A DNA stretch of 63,366 nt, the filler included, from Rhabdomonas costata (Eukaryota), in NCBI GenBank assembly GCA_019059605.1. It is 51 parts of 51 records of this genome, joined end to end, with 100 filler letters (N's around TTAATTAATTAA, not from the genome) between each part and the next. Parts side by side here need not be neighbours in the genome. Positions count along the whole stretch, not along the records: positions 60,979 to 62,122 come from JAHMHO010026453.1; positions 62,223 to 63,366 come from JAHMHO010026454.1; 49 more parts are not named here. One strand, given 5' to 3'. This document shows, piece by piece, positions 61,801 to 63,366 of the stretch (positions within the stretch are counted from its first letter, which is position 1; each line of letters opens with the position of its first letter). A program made the position numbers and the translations under genes. The notes beneath the pieces are model-generated. The model saw only the letters and a list, made by a program, of their open reading frames with translations, had not been told where the DNA came from and did no database searches.

Positions 61801-63366
61801 CTCTTTGGGCCTGGCGGTCACGTCACTCTGGGAGTCCCTCAAGTGTGTACTCCTCTGGGGCAGGGTGCCGGTTGCAGTGGTGAAGGCGGTGGGCAGGCAG
61901 CTGAGTCGGGCGGTACTTCCCACCACCATGGACGAATAAAAGGGGGTCGCCGAGCCCCCCCTCCCGTGTTGGATGTGTTAGATGTTTTGCATTCTGCGAG
62001 TGCTTTTTCTGTTTTGTTCCCACTTGTTTTGTGTTCGTTTATCCTCCGTCAGTCTTTCCCGTTGTTGCTTTTTCCCGCTTCCTGTCGGATTCCGTACACA
62101 TCACAAGTGGGAACAAAACACANNNNNNNNNNNNNNNNNNNNNNNNNNNNNNNNNNNNNNNNNNNNTTAATTAATTAANNNNNNNNNNNNNNNNNNNNNN
62201 NNNNNNNNNNNNNNNNNNNNNNTTGTGGTAAATGAAGTAAGCGATGAGATGGTACAATTTGCCTATCCATGAGTTGTACATATGAACAACTCATGGATAG
62301 GCAAATTGTACCATCTCATCGCTTACTTCATTTACCACATACTCGTTGCTCTTGATGACTGGAGTGAAAACTACATACATTATACATATGACCTTCATCT
62401 TGGCCAATCGTTGCTTCTTCTTTCCTCATATGCGGAAGCATGTGACAGAGCATCTGAACTTCAGGGCTTCAAGGCCTACCACAGCAGTCACGTGACCTAA
62501 TGGAGCGCGTCGCCATCAAGAATCATAGGTGGCAATATACTGGATGGACTAGATCGTCAACGTATGTTCTACTCGATTGTTTTATGCTAAACTCTGTGCT
62601 GAAAGTGAACTAAATTACAAAAACAATGGCCCAGATAATTCACATCTGTAAGGAAGCTTTCACATCAAACACTGACTCCAGTTCATCCACTACATTGCGA
62701 AGTACTACTTACTTCCAATGCCATCATATCTGACATAGATGCGCGTTTTATTTGCGCTTTTTGTGAGCAATTGTGCTTCGATCTGAACACCATAATCAGG
62801 CAGTCTAGTACATTTCACACACAGACCAACGGTACGATACAGATGGTGAATGCCAGTGTTAATCAGTTGTATCAGTATAATCAATTTTATAGAATGACTA
62901 ATACAGATACACTCTGAACTACTGCTTCCACACCACATTTCATAGCTACCTTCCGCAATTCCGTGGCATAGAAAAACCCTTAAACCTTAAACCTCCTGAT
63001 TGCAGACTTCTAATTATATTTCCAATATATTTAATCATAACTCTACGTTAATTATGCCGACCGTGGACATATTGAACACAAGTTTCAGAAGTGTGATCTT
63101 GTTCTCTTGAGTACTCGAAAAATTCAAGGTATCAGTTGCAGCGAACGTCTCAACTGTCACACAAGGCCACATGGCCGTTTATCATAACAGATAAGATTTG
63201 TCCAAGGAACTTTAAGTTGCATACACGCCCTGTTTTGAGAGACGTTTCACATTGCCTTGCATTCAGTACTTCCTGCATCTTCTTCGTCAGCCGGAACCAC
63301 CAGCAACCCAGTTAGACGTCCAAGACCATCCACCTACGACTTACTGCCATCTGGTCCATCTAGATC

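Noticed and set aside
1146-62222. Regularly spaced TTAATTAATTAA repeat resembling a CRISPR-like or periodic array
   Set aside because: It is an artificial N-flanked spacer. ORFs containing X runs or ending in LIN are artefacts, and gene neighbourhoods across spacers are meaningless.

Overview
This window is not a continuous locus. It consists of 51 unrelated contigs of about 1.14-1.16 kb, joined by 50 artificial 100-bp spacers (N44-TTAATTAATTAA-N44, stop codons in all six frames), so no synteny can be read across spacers. Many contig ends carry G/T-only or C/A-only primer remnants and short fold-back inversions, which points to a whole-genome-amplified library. Most contigs come from an intron-rich eukaryote with GT-AG and several apparent GC-AG introns, and a pyrimidine tract plus AG just upstream of start codons. 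A euglenozoan, probably a euglenid, is my inference. Recognisable exons encode Rpn5, Tctex-1, TRAP-beta, a TFIIIC subunit 6-like protein, INTS9, a small Tim, a two-pore channel, a voltage-gated channel, CNNM, a UBA-UIM protein, a 5'-nucleotidase, a GT4 glycosyltransferase, a kinase and receptor-cyclase-like pieces. Retroelement remnants include Ty3/gypsy, CRE-like RLE and DIRS-like types. Two signals stand out. (1) A very AT-rich, intronless contig (58491-59634) looks like giant-virus (NCLDV) DNA, with an F-box ORF, a convergent ferritin/DUF5856-like ORF and a shared 14-bp hairpin. (2) A short non-coding interspersed element of about 220 bp occurs on three, possibly four, independent contigs, ends in an AC tail next to AC/GT microsatellites, and in one copy has a perfect 20-bp target-site duplication. 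All homology calls come from motif recognition by eye; no searches were run.
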